Shown piece after piece: positions 11,345-24,057 of a stretch of DNA of 64,000 nt. The translations under genes and the position numbers were made by a program. Origin of the DNA: Octopus vulgaris (lineage: Eukaryota); NCBI GenBank assembly GCA_951406725.2, contig OX597815.1, positions 39,928,001 to 39,992,000 on the forward strand, in the 5' to 3' direction. The notes under the pieces were generated by a model that saw nothing but the letters and a program-made list of their open reading frames with translations, did not search any database and was not told where the DNA came from. Every line of letters begins with the position of its first letter. Position 1 is the stretch's first letter.

Positions 11345-12606
11345 CAGACATGCAGGCAGTAAATAGCCAACTATAATTTTCAAAATCTTTTATCTAATAT
11401 GCAAAATGAACAATTGAAATGTAATCGATAGGTAGGACTACATAGTTTAGTATTTAGTTGACATTCCCTTTGCATTTTTAATTCAGAAACTCTTTTTGGC
11501 ATTGAACTGATGAGCTTTGTGATCGTCTCTTGTGGAATTTCTGCTCACTTTTCACGCAACAATCGAAACAATTCATCTTTAGATATAGGTTTCTGTCGAG
11601 TTTTTCGTATCACTCTATCTAGTATGCTCCAAAGATTTTCAATTGGGTTCATGCCAGGAGATTGGCTCGGCCAAGGAAGCTTTTTGATCCCATCTTCAGT
11701 CAGCCATTGTTGATTCCTTTTCGCTGTGTGGCATGGAACCCCATCTTCCACGAATAAAAACTCATTTTTTGTCATGTTATCGTGTGAATACATCGGAAGT
11801 AGTCTTTGCATAAGTATTTCGATGTATTTTTCAGACTTTATGGTTCCAACACATTCGATCAGCTCAGAACGACCATTGCTGGTGACAGCTCCCCATACCA
11901 TTACAGAGATACCGCCATGTTTTACAGTTGGTTGGAGTCGTTTCAAATCAAATTCTTGATTGGGAAGCCTCCAGACCCAAACACGTCTACTGTCTCAAAA
12001 TAATGCAAATCTGGATTCAGCTGAGAAAATCACTCTATCCCAAAATGAACTGGGTTTTTCTGACATCTCCTTAGCCCATTTCTTTCTTTTCATGCTTGAA
12101 GAAGAGGTTTTCTTCTAGCTGCTTGTTCATAATACCCAAGCTTATGCACATATGTAACACACGTTCTTGGACCAACTTCTAGCTGTTTTGCAATGTCAGA
12201 AGCCTTCGAACGGCGTTCGTTTTCTACAATTCTCTTCAAACAGCAAATCTTCCTTTCCGAGGGCCCAGGTCGGCCGGGACGAAAATCTGTTGATTCTTTT
12301 CCTTGTCTTTTGAATTGCACTATAATTCTATTAACAGTAGCAAGAGAAATTTGAAGATTTTCGGCTATTTTTGGCTGGCTAAGACCAGCCTCAGATTGCC
12401 CAACAATACGACCTCTTTGAAAATATGACAGTTCTGCTGAATTTTTTGTGCGTGGAATGGTTACTCTTCGTAAACTTTTAATATAATGGCACCTGGAATG
12501 AAAAAGAATAATTACATTGTAAACTCTACACCGCTGAAAACATAGTAAGACGCTTAGATTAAACATTTTGAAAATTAAAGGTGTCTATTTACTTCCTGCA
12601 TGTCTG
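11345..12606 (-). mobile_element. Full-length but disrupted Tc1 transposon (DD34E)
   Basis: ~40-bp imperfect TIRs CAGACATGCAGG.AGTAAATAG, TA TSD; ORFs 12090-12566 (HTH, ARRKPLL) and 11545-11946 (TVKHGG, VMVWG, EDG..H, SPGMNPIENLW; 34 aa between D and E). Confidence 0.95.
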
Positions 12607-12611
12607 TATAT

Positions 12612-12725
12612 ATAACGGGAAGCTTTATGAAATAAACAAAAGACGAAGGCAGGTGGAATACAAACAAACAATTGTATTAGTATGGCGCTCAGGAATATAA
12701 ATAAAACAAGTCTTTTACGTTTCGA
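12612..12725 (-). mobile_element. Truncated solo PLE terminal repeat (related subfamily)
   Basis: Similar to the reverse complement of 6372-6490; truncated within the HHR (keeps CGAAACGTAAAAG). Confidence 0.7.
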
Positions 12726-13559
12726 ATATATATATATATATTACTCTTTATCTTTTATTAAACTTTTAATACTTTTGATATATATTTAAAATAATATAAA
12801 TTAAATTAATTTTATGTATTGGCTTATGTTTTTCATTGTTTGATTTGCCTAATAGTGTTTTTATCTCTAATTTAATATAATATAATATATTTATACTATA
12901 AAATTGGATTTAATCCTAAATCTGATTTTTCCCTGTAAGTTTGGATTTATTCCCTAATATTTTATTATATATATATACAGGTATATATGTGTGTGGAGAG
13001 AGAAAGAGAGAGAGAGAGAGAGATTATATATATGCAAATAAGTGTACATACATATTTATATCTATATGTATATAAATACAAACTGTGTGTGTATGTGTAC
13101 CTATGTATATATACACATAAATACTCGCATATATGTGTATGCATATAAATTAACGCCTAATGAAGTAGAGACATGTATCCACAGCTGTTCTCTTGCCTTG
13201 TTTAATTCATTTTATATTTACATATATCACATTCGATAAGATAACAGTAATCAGAATGTCCCCCGAAATTCTATCATATTGTCATTGTGCATAGTTTCCA
13301 AATGAATTTTCCATAAATTATGTTTTGATATTCGCAAATATCCGGAATTTTTCCATATATAAATGTTGTTAGAAATTATACTCTCTGGTGTTCCAAAGCT
13401 ACTAATCAATATTCTGTATTCTATTATATCTCTTTTATTACTTATAGTGAAACTAATGTCAACAGTGTGTGTATGGGATGGGGACGACTGTTATTTCGCT
13501 TCGTTTTGTACTGTGGGCTAATGACGCTCTGCTCACGAATGTTTTCGGCAAAATTACTC

Positions 13560-13626
<67 letters not shown>

Positions 13627-13629
<3 letters not shown>

Positions 13630-13811
13630 GAGAGTTTATGAAAAAAGCAAAAGACGAAGACAGGTGGTGTACAAAACAAACAGATGTATTAGTATAACGT
13701 TCGGGAATAGAAAAAGTCTTTTACGTTTCGAGCCTACGCTCTTCTACAGAAAGGAACACAGAAAAAAACAAGGAGAAAAACAAGGAGAGAAAAAATGTGT
13801 GTAGTGGCTAA
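13627..13811 (-). mobile_element. Solo PLE terminal repeat with HHR-like motif (13718-13754, CUGUAGA core)
   Basis: Minus strand CTTT-CTGTAGA-A-GAGC(gtag)GCTC-GAAA-CG-T-A-AAAG; abuts (TA)n. Confidence 0.8.
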
Positions 13812-13876
13812 CAACCGTCTAAGTGATACCTGTATCCCAATGAATCTACTGGTGTATTACCCTATATATATATGTA

Positions 13877-13965
<89 letters not shown>

Positions 13966-13985
13966 GTAGGTAGGTAGATAGATAT

Positions 13986-14048
<63 letters not shown>

Positions 14049-14284
14049 TAACTTACATGGAAGTGGATGCGTGGCGTTCGATCATTTAATAACAAATCAA
14101 TAAATAAAACATATGCATACATACATACATATATGTACATACCTACATCTATATGTATATATACATGCATATATGAGTACAGGACACCAAAAAAAACGTA
14201 GAACACAATGAGATACGAAAACATAAAAACAAAAACATGGAAACGAACTTTTTCAAACAACGAAAAAACATAAAACACAAGGAA

Positions 14285-14610
14285 CTCCGTGTTGTGCTGC
14301 TGAGACCACCTTCGGTCATGACAGACCGTGGGATTGCACCTAGAAAGTTACCCTCCCAGACACAAGTCCGGGTAAGGTTGTTTATGGAAAACCAGCAGTC
14401 GCCCATGCATATCAACCTCCCCTCTCCACGCAACCAGTGTTATCCAACGGAAAGGCGACAGCCGATACAGCTTGGCACCTGTGACCGCGCAACTCATTTC
14501 TACAGCTGAGTGAACTGGAGCAACGTGAAATAAAGTGTCTTGCTCAAGAACAAAACACGCAGCCCGGTTCAGGATTCGAACTTACAACCTCACGATCGTA
14601 AGCCATGCGC

Positions 14611-14612
<2 letters not shown>
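14285..14612 (-). mobile_element. tRNA-derived SINE family C
   Basis: Minus strand GGCGCATGGCTT..GTTCGAATCC (B box)..TTGAGCAAGACACTTTATTTCACGTTGCTCCAGTTCACTCAGCTG; second copy at 45290-45520. Confidence 0.75.
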
Positions 14613-14687
<75 letters not shown>

Positions 14688-14882
14688 TTATAATTATGAG
14701 TATAATTATAATTAGGGTTCAGCAAAAAAAAAATTGTTTCACCATATACCGAAATTTAGAAATAGCAGCCAAAGAAACTAGCTATTTCTCTACCATAAGA
14801 AAATCTCCCAGAAAACATATACTCAAAAACAATTCACGTAGGCAAAGAGAAAAAACAACGAAATTCACTCGGCATTTGATTA

Positions 14883-14968
14883 ACTGTGAACGCGTTTCGG
14901 AGTTAGATAGATATAAAAAATGCAAAAATCGCATTTCCATTCCAATCATTCTCGCTCTTCAGCACAGT
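14883..14968 (-). ncRNA. Type I HHR, canonical core, in probable PLE 3' fragment (~14700-15270)
   Basis: ACTGTG-CTGAAGA-G...C-GAAA-CGCG-T-T-CACAGT; perfect 6-bp stem I, palindromic ACGCGU stem III. Confidence 0.8.
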
Positions 14969-15270
14969 ATTTCAAGATTTTAAATTTGAGAGCACTGAAA
15001 AAATTTGAACATACCTATCTGATTCAAGTAACATCAGACAAACTATATCAATGACCAGTCCCAACGAATTCAAAATATACGAATGAGATCTCGTATTCTC
15101 CCTCACCTACCCAAGTTTGTTATTGAGTAAATAATTATAATTATATTCATAATTATAAAAATTATTGTTTAAGTTTACCGATAAAGGTCCTTTTAACATG
15201 CCGAAACTACTTGGTAGAATTATTAATTATTAATTAGTTAATTAATTAATTTTACCCTTTATTATTATTG

Positions 15271-15307
<37 letters not shown>

Positions 15308-15519
15308 GCAGAGGTGAGAGAGAATATCTCTCACCTTTGGCGTATACAGGTGCTTACACTTATCAAGTATTCACCCTAAATTTGCAGTACCTACTTGATC
15401 TACGTTGTCATTTGGATTGGATCCTACATAATCACGACAACCTTTAATACTTGATAAAATAAAAGTGATGTATATAACAACCGTCCCAGGGATACATGTA
15501 TCCCAATGAATCCACTTTT

Positions 15520-16040
15520 TTCCTATTTTGTACGGCCACACCTAGAATATTGCTCCCCCACCCCCGTGGTCACTCCACATAATGAGAATTGAGTTACCCA
15601 GATGAGCAATCACTAGCGAATAAAAGGTATGTCAAACCTTTAATATTGGGACCACCTTAAAACATTGAAATTCTATTCTCTCCAGTGCCGCCGTGGGGGC
15701 TACATCATTTGCACGTGGTAACAATATCATATTGCAGAATATATCACCAACGTTGCCCAAAGGGTCTTAATATCAAATTCAGAATTCATCCAAGGCAGAA
15801 CCACGGGCCACACACAGTCGCACACCACATATATGTACTGCAAACAACTTCTTTCCCTTAACAGGCCCTATCCTTTTTAATATAATCTCAGAACAAATCA
15901 AAAAAGAAAAGATCCCATCATGTTCAAACTATATCTGGATAAATTTCTTCAAGGGACACCAGACAAGCGACAAATACCTGGCTATATCTCAGTCAACAAT
16001 ACCTCTCTACATGAACAGGTCATGATATCACAATACTAAG
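15520..16040 (+). mobile_element. Decayed CR1-group LINE 3' fragment
   Basis: Remnants LEYCSP, YWDHLKTLKFYSLQCRR, GPILFNII, FKLYLDKFL..PGY. Confidence 0.8.
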
Positions 16041-18649
16041 GTATAAAGATGGAAACGACCGGCGAAGAAAATACTGTAGACTAGCAGCCGGTTCTTTCGA
16101 AGCTTGCGATTCTCGATCCATCGGGTGACCTAGTCTGGGTCGGACACCGTTCAGCAGCTTAAAGCTGGAAAAAAGTATCGCTACAAGCTGCATCACAAAT
16201 TAGAGACTTGGGACCTTGGAACGGGAAAATGGTGATAGTGTTCAATCTTTGGCTATTCTCTCGGTCTGAACCGACCAGCTTTACTTGCAATGGGACAGCA
16301 GCAGCATCCAAATTTCAAACTGAACATCTACCATATCATCTACTCTAAGCCATTTCTATCCACCTATCCGTAAGGGCTCAGTAAAGCACCACTTCTTATG
16401 AGTGATAGAAAAAAATATAATTTTTTAGCAGACTTTATCGATAAGGTTTATCTATCCAGGAGAAATGTAGCTTGAAGTGAACTACAATGTGATTTGAACA
16501 TGATATTGCTAGGTATCAAAGCCTATATTTAAGTAAGAAATCACTTAAATTTGGGTGTCATGAAGTTTAAATTCTAATCCAACCGCTTGAAATGTTTTTG
16601 TTTGTTTTCCCTCATCTATTTTTAAAGTAACAAATATTCTCTTTTTATTAGAAAAAAACTGAAGTATATTCGTGTGCTTGTAATTCGTATATTTGTAACA
16701 GAACATATATATGTCGTTTTACATAGTGAAGTCTCACAGTACACTAAGGTGTCTCAGTTGTTTGCATCTTATTTTTATTTGATCATTGCTGATGCAAACC
16801 GCTACTAGTTTAGCTGAAATCTAGTGTTTATTTATTTTTATTTTATTTTTACACTGGATAGTGAAAAAAATTGATTTCCTATCAATTTTAGAATTTGAGT
16901 AATATAAATCAGCAAACACAGAAAAATGTGATTTCTAACTATGACCAATATACTGTTGATTTATCTTCATTTGAAGACATTTGCTTTGAAAAAAAAATAG
17001 TCTCTCCACACTGAGAGCAATTTTGCAAAAGTAATAATTCATCAATAACCTCAAACAATAACAAAATAAAACATAATATAACCATTATTTTATCAATAAA
17101 AAACACTTTTATCGCTAAACTCGCCGCTATATCTCAGAAATAAAAATATAGATTGCGAAAAAATATTAAATCCTTATTAATTTTCTCATTAAAGATGGCT
17201 ATTTTTTTTTAGGCATTTGTTGTATTTCAGTAACAAAGCTTTCAGACATGCATAGTAAACTCTATCAACTATTCTAGTCGCTTTTGTTAATGTTTAACCC
17301 GCAACAGATATGCAACGTTTGGCGTGACGACACTGGATTGACCTTACTGTCCAATATAGCAGCCCCGGTTTCCGGTTTCCAGTCTCACAGACCCTGCCGG
17401 CTTTTCTCTCATCAGGGACATTTCGCCGTTTCCTCATCAACAGAGTACAAGTGTTTTGCATTTAAAGAGAGAAGGAACTGATACTGGGACGTTTGTAACT
17501 TTGAAGTTGCTTAGGTAGCTTAACAACTTATACTCAAATCGATTAAGGGCTCCCCAGAGACTTATAGTTTCTCTACAGACTTTTCCTGTATATTATATTT
17601 ATTATTGATTGACAGGTTGCCAAAATATATCATATTGATTAGTTAACTAAACTGAAATTTTTTAGAAGCAAAGCAGAAACCTCTTTTACGTTGGATTCGC
17701 GAAACTCCCTGATAATCTATGTGTTAACTTATTTCTAACCAGAATTCCATAAATATGGAAGCTAAATGGTGATACAATACCATTATTAGATTTGAAAAAT
17801 CAATAGTCACTGCCATTTCTCTTACCGTGAGTGGCATTCTCATTTATCAAGAATCATTACTTTGGAAAAACTCATTATATAACGTGAATCAAATCGTTTA
17901 CAACGTTTGTATCGATTTTTGCATCCTACATTTGAAAGTAGCCTCATCCCGAAAACTAATGCTAATAACAAGAAGTAATGTTGCATTTTGATTAGGTTTC
18001 TAACATGAAACATATCTTCAAGGGAAGCGAAATGGGATTTATGATTGTCGCGTTTTCTTGTGGGTGTAAGTGATCCATATAATAGTGATTTTGCCTCATC
18101 AGAATGCCAGCTTTTGTTACGTCGGTATACTGTCAATTTTATCGACTTCTTTATATTGTTTATACTATTGGTAAATATTTTTCAAACTACAGAGGAATGA
18201 AGGCAAACGACTGACATATGAACTTAGAACATAAGAAAAGAAAATGTTCGAAGACATTGTGTCTGGCGTGCTCGGACTTCTGCCAACTCACTGCCCAACT
18301 TTAACATAGCAACTGTATATCTTCTTTAACCCATACAAAGTTCAAAATATGTATAATAAAATTTCATAAAACTATTCAGATATATACATATTAGTATATC
18401 AATTTGTATTTAGATAAAGCAGTGTTTACTTGTCAAAAGCGACTAGATCTGGCAGGCCATTGTCACATAACCCCTCCCCATAAATCTATAGAATTAATTT
18501 CTCATCTTTTAGGTCGGATGCTTCTTGTCAGACTGCTGCATTACAATGAGTCTGGGCGGGACTCTCACCGATACATAGATTCTATGAACTCTACTACATC
18601 TTATGATTTGGTTACCCTGAAGCATTAATTCCTTTGTACATTAACGATT

Positions 18650-19420
18650 CATATTCTGATACTTCTACTTGTTTATGCTGCAACGCAGATGTTATCACTT
18701 TTTATTACTCCTTTATAGGCGTCATTTACATACATTCTAAACATTTCTTCACGTCAGACTTGATTTAATTTTATGGTCTGAGGCCGTGAATACTAAATTC
18801 AAAGCTGATGCGACAACATACACTATTTTAACAGTCATTCAGCTATCTAGAAAACAGTCTTCATTAATGCCATTTATACGTATAGACAGCACACCATTTA
18901 AGCCATCAAAATCACAAGAAATACTTGGCTTCCCAATTTCTGAGTTATCATGGCGACTTCACATATGAAGCATTGTCAAAACTGCACCATAATGCAGTGC
19001 CGCAAGACTAAATTTCTTCTTCAGAGCGTAAGAATACTATAGCCTTTATTTGTGGAAGACATTCTTCATAATTCAAGAACAGTCCACATTAGAATAATGG
19101 TTACATTTCTGGAACGGTGCTGGTACTACAAGCATACATCCAAAACTGCGTCCAAAAGAAAATCGTCCACTTATTGACAGAATCTTTTACCGCACGCTAC
19201 AATCATTAGCTTACAAACATGATGTTTCTTTTCTCAGTTTCTACTTTTACTGTAACAGCCTCAGCTCATCTGAATTAACAACCTGCAAACAACTATTAGG
19301 GCTTTCCCTATTGTGTTAGCCCACTGGTCTCAGAAAAACTTTTTCTCCAATTATTCCTCTCTAGTCCTGCAACTCACTTGAAATTCTTCTCGCCTGTTTT
19401 CTAGCAGACGTTGATACATT
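18650..19420 (+). mobile_element. Very old CR1/Jockey-group LINE remnant
   Basis: Scattered remnants (EILGFPISELSWRLHI; LE..HFWNGAG); heavily decayed. Confidence 0.4.
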
Positions 19421-19594
19421 GATTTCACCTAACTGGAAGGTCTTTAAAAGGCCAAAGAACTATTCAGACTTTTCTGACTAATTAATAACAAAAATAATAC
19501 TGTGATGCATTCTCATAAATATTTTAGATTTCTACTATGGTGTTTCTTCTTTCTATTTTAGAAACTCAAAACTCAATTCCAGGAACTCAGAGTA

Positions 19595-19800
19595 TATTCT
19601 TTTCTACTCTATGCACAAGGCTCGAAATTTTTGGGGAGATGGCCAGTCGATTAGTACGCAACTGGTACTTAATTTATCGATCCCGAAGGGATGAAAGGCA
19701 AGGACGACCTCAGCGGAATTTGAACTCAGAACCTAAAGACAAACGAAATACTGCGAAGCATTTCACACGGCATGCTAATGTTTCTGCCAGCTCGCCACCT
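19595..19800 (-). mobile_element. SINE family A, near full length
   Basis: Reverse complement of GGCGAGCTGGCAGAA..GCCTTTCATCC..GTACCAGTTGCGTAC..AGAGTAGAAAAGAAT. Confidence 0.9.
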
Positions 19801-19983
19801 TGAACTCCGAGTATATTGTTCCAGTATACTCTTTCTGAGACACAGAGTTGTTTTTGGATATATCCATAAATTCTATTTCTGGATATATCTAGACACAACT
19901 CTTTTAGATATAATATTGCTGCGTAAGTTGCAAATATTTCATGATGAGTAAGAGATCTAGCGTTTCACCGTTAGAGTAGAAGT

Positions 19984-20090
19984 AAAAGAAATTTACAAGG
20001 ATATTGCAAACTATTTAAAAGAAATATACAAGGACATTGCCAACTGTTTAAAAGAAATGTACAAGGATATTGCCAACTGTTTAAAAGAAA
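19984..20090 (+). repeat. 33-bp minisatellite, ~3.2 copies
   Basis: AAAAGAAATNTACAAGGAYATTGCMAACTRTTT x3. Confidence 0.9.
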
Positions 20091-20651
20091 GTTATTAATA
20101 CATTGCTAATAACAGAACTTGATTGTTTTCTCAACAAACTATTGTGATGCTTTTTTGACAAATCGATATGATATCTCAAATTATATTTGAGGGAGATTTA
20201 TCTGATGTATTGACCGGTACCATCTCAATCTCCTACATACAGCTCACTTCATTTGCTTGTCTTTTCTGAAGCCATTTTGAAATCATATCAATATAGAAAA
20301 GATAAGATGAGAAAGACCTGACACAAAAAATGGTACAGTTCACTGCATGGATTCGATGAATTTATTTTGGAGTGATGTATGGGAAACAGTGATTTTCATG
20401 TATTTCCCAATTTCTTTGCAGGTATGAATGAAGAAAAAATTGCTACAGCTTAGAATATGACTCAGCGCACTAGGGTCTATATCATCAAAGTGACACACAC
20501 ATAATCATAACGACGTTGAACATTGTGAAACTCAATATTAAAGACCCATTTTAAAGCTAAATTAGTTTTCTTAATCTTTCTTTTGCTGGGTGCTCTATAA
20601 ACTGAATGCATATAAATTCGATAGCATCAATATGATTAATATCTCATCTAC

Positions 20652-21010
20652 GCGCAGACATAATTGTGTGGCTAAGAAGCTCCCTTTGTAACCACGCAGG
20701 TTCGGGTTCAGTTACATTAGGCAAATGTCTTCTATAGCTCCGGGCCAACCAATACCTTGTGAAGGAATTTGGTAGATGGAAACTGTGAGGGGGCCCGTAG
20801 AATGTGGGGTGTCTGTATGTGTGCTTGTTACTCCCCACTGCTTGACAACCGGTGTTAGTTTGTTTACGTCACCGTAAGTTAGTGGTTCGGTAAAACAGAT
20901 TGATAGAATAAGTACCGGACTTAAAAATGAAGAATTGGGTTCGATTCATTCGACTAAACCTTTCAAGGTTGTGCCCCAGAATGGCAGTAATTCAATGACC
21001 AAAGCAAGTA
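20652..21010 (+). mobile_element. SINE family B
   Basis: Colinear with 28270-28702 (GGTTCAGT, GGCAAATGTCTTCTATAG, GCTTGACAACCG, CCCCAGAATGGC). Confidence 0.8.
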
Positions 21011-21904
21011 ATAGATCAAGCAAGATCGATTTCAAAAATTGCTCTATATTAACATTAAAGTTATGGAAAAGAATAAAGTACGCCTTCTTAGTAATGAGGT
21101 TTTCTTGCGGCAATCTACTTGTAAAATTTCCATCACAGAAGCATTAACTAGCTGTGGTTCTCCATAATTTAACTATTTAAATTAATTTAGACTTGTTTGT
21201 AACGTGAAGAAACAGGATCTGAGACGTGCCCAGGGACTTCGTTGATTAGTCGTTGTCCGTTGAATAAAAAGCAAACTATGGTCCCAGTGTGTTTCTTGCG
21301 GAGGTTCAAGATTGTTTGAAGATTGATTAAATTATAAGTAATAATTATTTGTATTATCAACACTCTTCCGTCGGTGAAATAAAACCGACAACGTTGACAA
21401 CCATTACTTGATGAGTTTCGGTTCAAAGAATATAGGAAAATGTTTGGATCTTTGCCTTTTGACAGACAGATTTTTAAAAATAATTTTTTGTAACTAAACA
21501 CTTTCAAACTTCGGACACTGGTAGAATGTGTCATATAAAACATATTTTACTGTTAGCGTTTTTGAGAAAACCTTATATTTAGGAAGTTATTTCACGTTAA
21601 AGTTGTAGTATTTCGGTAATTTCAACCAATCAATGACGTGTATTCAACTGAATAAAATTACTGCCGTTGTTTGTCAACAAGAACTTCCTGCGGTGTGTAT
21701 TTCGTTTGTCACCGTTATTTATGATAACCCTAACCCTAACCCTAAAACCCTAACCCTAAAACCTTAAAGCTAAAGCCAGTACAAACACACGAATGATGTC
21801 ATAAATAACAGTGACAAACGAAATGTACACTGCCAGAAGTTCTTGTTGACAAACAACGGTAGTTATTTTATTTAGCTGAATATACTTATATTTAGCTGAA
21901 TTAC

Positions 21905-22741
21905 CTCGCGGTAATATAGAGGATCTTCGTCGATGCCTCCACCAAATTTGGAAGTGGTCTAACGATTGGGACCTGTGTCTGAACGTGTCAAAGTGCTGTC
22001 ATCTGCCTGTCGGCTCTACTCCTGCAACTCAACTTGATTTCGAGCCGGGTCATCTGCTGCTGGAGAGGACCGATCAGGTAAAGGACCTAGGTATCTTAGT
22101 GGATTCCTCCTTTTCGCCTTCGGCCCAGTGCGTCCATGCTGCCAACAAAGCACGCGGAATTCTGTTCTTGATTCGACGGTCATTCGGAATGCTCACAGCA
22201 GCCATATTCCTACCACTCTATGTCACGCTGGTGAGACCCATATTGGAGTATGGGATTCAAGCCTCTTCTCCTTATCTCCTCAAAGACATACAGCATCTCG
22301 AAAGAGTCCAGAAGCTGGCTACCCGCATGGTTCATGGTCTCAAAAATTTGTCCTTCGAAGAAAGGCTGAGGACGCTCGACCTTTATTCTCTTGAAAAACG
22401 CCGCCGCCGTGGTGATCTCATTCTCGCCCACAACATCATAAGCAGAAAGTGTAACCTCTCGAAAGAGCTGTTCTTCACTCCTGCTCCAGAGCGTCGGCTG
22501 CGGGGTCATTCTGAAAAGCTCTACCTGCGACGATTTCATCTCAATCGAAGGAGAGGAGCTTTCTCCGTCCGGGTTGCGGATCCGTGGAACAAGCTGCCAG
22601 ACGAGATGGTGAAGATGCCGACGACCGCTTTGTTCAAAGCCTCCCTTGACCTCAAGTGGCCTGAACTCTTTACATGAACACCACCCTGTACTTAACTCCA
22701 TGTCCCCCTACATGGCCTTGCTATTTGCTTTTGAGCCAAAT

Positions 22742-22773
<32 letters not shown>
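21905..22773 (+). mobile_element. Young 5'-truncated CR1 LINE with (TAAC)n tail
   Basis: Uninterrupted ORF2 C-terminus, short 3' UTR, (TAAC)n tail; possible ATAC duplication at the junctions. Confidence 0.92.
21985..22677 (+). CDS. CR1 ORF2 C-terminal fragment (RT end/thumb; lacks 5' part)
   Basis: VKDLGILVD, LYVTLVRPILEYG, LERVQKLATRMV, LEKRRRRGDLI, FSVRVADPWNKLP, FKASLD. Confidence 0.85.
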   Translation: MSKCCHLPVGSTPATQLDFEPGHLLLERTDQVKDLGILVDSSFSPSAQCVHAANKARGILFLIRRSFGMLTAAIFLPLYVTLVRPILEYGIQASSPYLLKDIQHLERVQKLATRMVHGLKNLSFEERLRTLDLYSLEKRRRRGDLILAHNIISRKCNLSKELFFTPAPERRLRGHSEKLYLRRFHLNRRRGAFSVRVADPWNKLPDEMVKMPTTALFKASLDLKWPELFT

Positions 22774-23438
22774 ATACGTCATTGATTGGTTGAAATTACC
22801 GAAATAGTACAACTTTAACGTGAAATAACTTCCTAAATATAAGGTTTTTCTCAAAAACACTAACAGTAAAAGATGTTTTTTTATGACACATTCTACAAGT
22901 GTCCGAAGTTTGACAGTGTTACAAAAAATTACTTTTTTAATCTGTCGGTCAAAAGGTCAAGATCCAAATGTTTTAAGTGATCAATGTAAAAGATATCATA
23001 TTCTAAAAGAACGCATATTGAAATGCAGTGATCTTGATCATTATATAAAAGCGATTATCTTCAGACAAATAAGATTCCTTGATCTTTTCTATCAAATGGC
23101 TATTATATATATTTTAAATGTTTTTGTAGCTTTTCAGCTGTTCGTAAAGCACAGATCATTAACTGAATCGTTAGCCTAAAAGTGATGAATCTAATTGAAG
23201 TTAAGCGATTTATTAAATGTCAACTTGAAAATTAGATTCATTTTCAACGTAAACATGGGGTACATGAATTATTCAGCGAAACGACAAATAAAAATGTAAA
23301 CGGATGATGAAAATAATCGAATTCCTCTCACTCTAACGGGTTTGTTTATGATGATTAAATATAATCGGAGCAAAAGAATTATTAATTTAAATGGAAATAA
23401 CTAGGTAGAGGAGATCTTCTTGAAGTGTCTACAGTGCC

Positions 23439-23517
<79 letters not shown>

Positions 23518-23546
23518 CCTCTCTCTCTCCCTCACTCTTTCTCGTG

Positions 23547-23577
<31 letters not shown>

Positions 23578-24057
23578 GTATGTGTGTAAAAATTGTAAAC
23601 TTCACTCTTACAGCCTCGTGCAGCAGACATGGAAAACAGCTAAAGCAACGAATTCGCTTGGTCGGTCTAAGAAACTGACAACGAATTGTCAGATAGCCAG
23701 GTCTGTCTGATACGTGGTATCGACTATTTGATATGAAAAATCGACAGACAAGATAGTATAGACAAGAGCGATTGCATTCTCTCTACAGATACCTGACTGA
23801 ATGCACTCCCATAACTGTGCTGGTAATATTGAACAGGCTTTGCATTCCATGGAACTAACAAACTAATTCTGGGACAATCTTCCAAGAAAAGATTGTACAG
23901 GACAGGCATTAAAAGCCTCCAGTTCATACCGCCACTCGTTTAACAGAACGCAAAAGTAGACTTTAACTACATTCTTATCTAGTTGCTTAAAGTGTTGTGA
24001 ACGCTTCACAACAGTCTAGCCAGATGCCCACCATTAGCCGATAGTAGACCAAAGTGA

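Larger units (their letters stand above)
21446..22965. mobile_element. Foldback-type MULE-like non-autonomous transposon, ~280-bp TIRs, central (CCCTAA)n, interrupted by CR1
   Basis: GGATC..GATCC ends; 21446-21724 inverts onto ~21798-21886 + 22774-22965; flanks share AAATGTTT. Confidence 0.85.

Noticed and set aside
21726-21765. (CCCTAA)n as a telomere or chromosome-fusion scar
   Set aside because: Lies inside a TIR element, and related MITEs carry the same motif
22210-22701. 163-aa minus-strand ORF
   Set aside because: Antisense shadow of the CR1 ORF2
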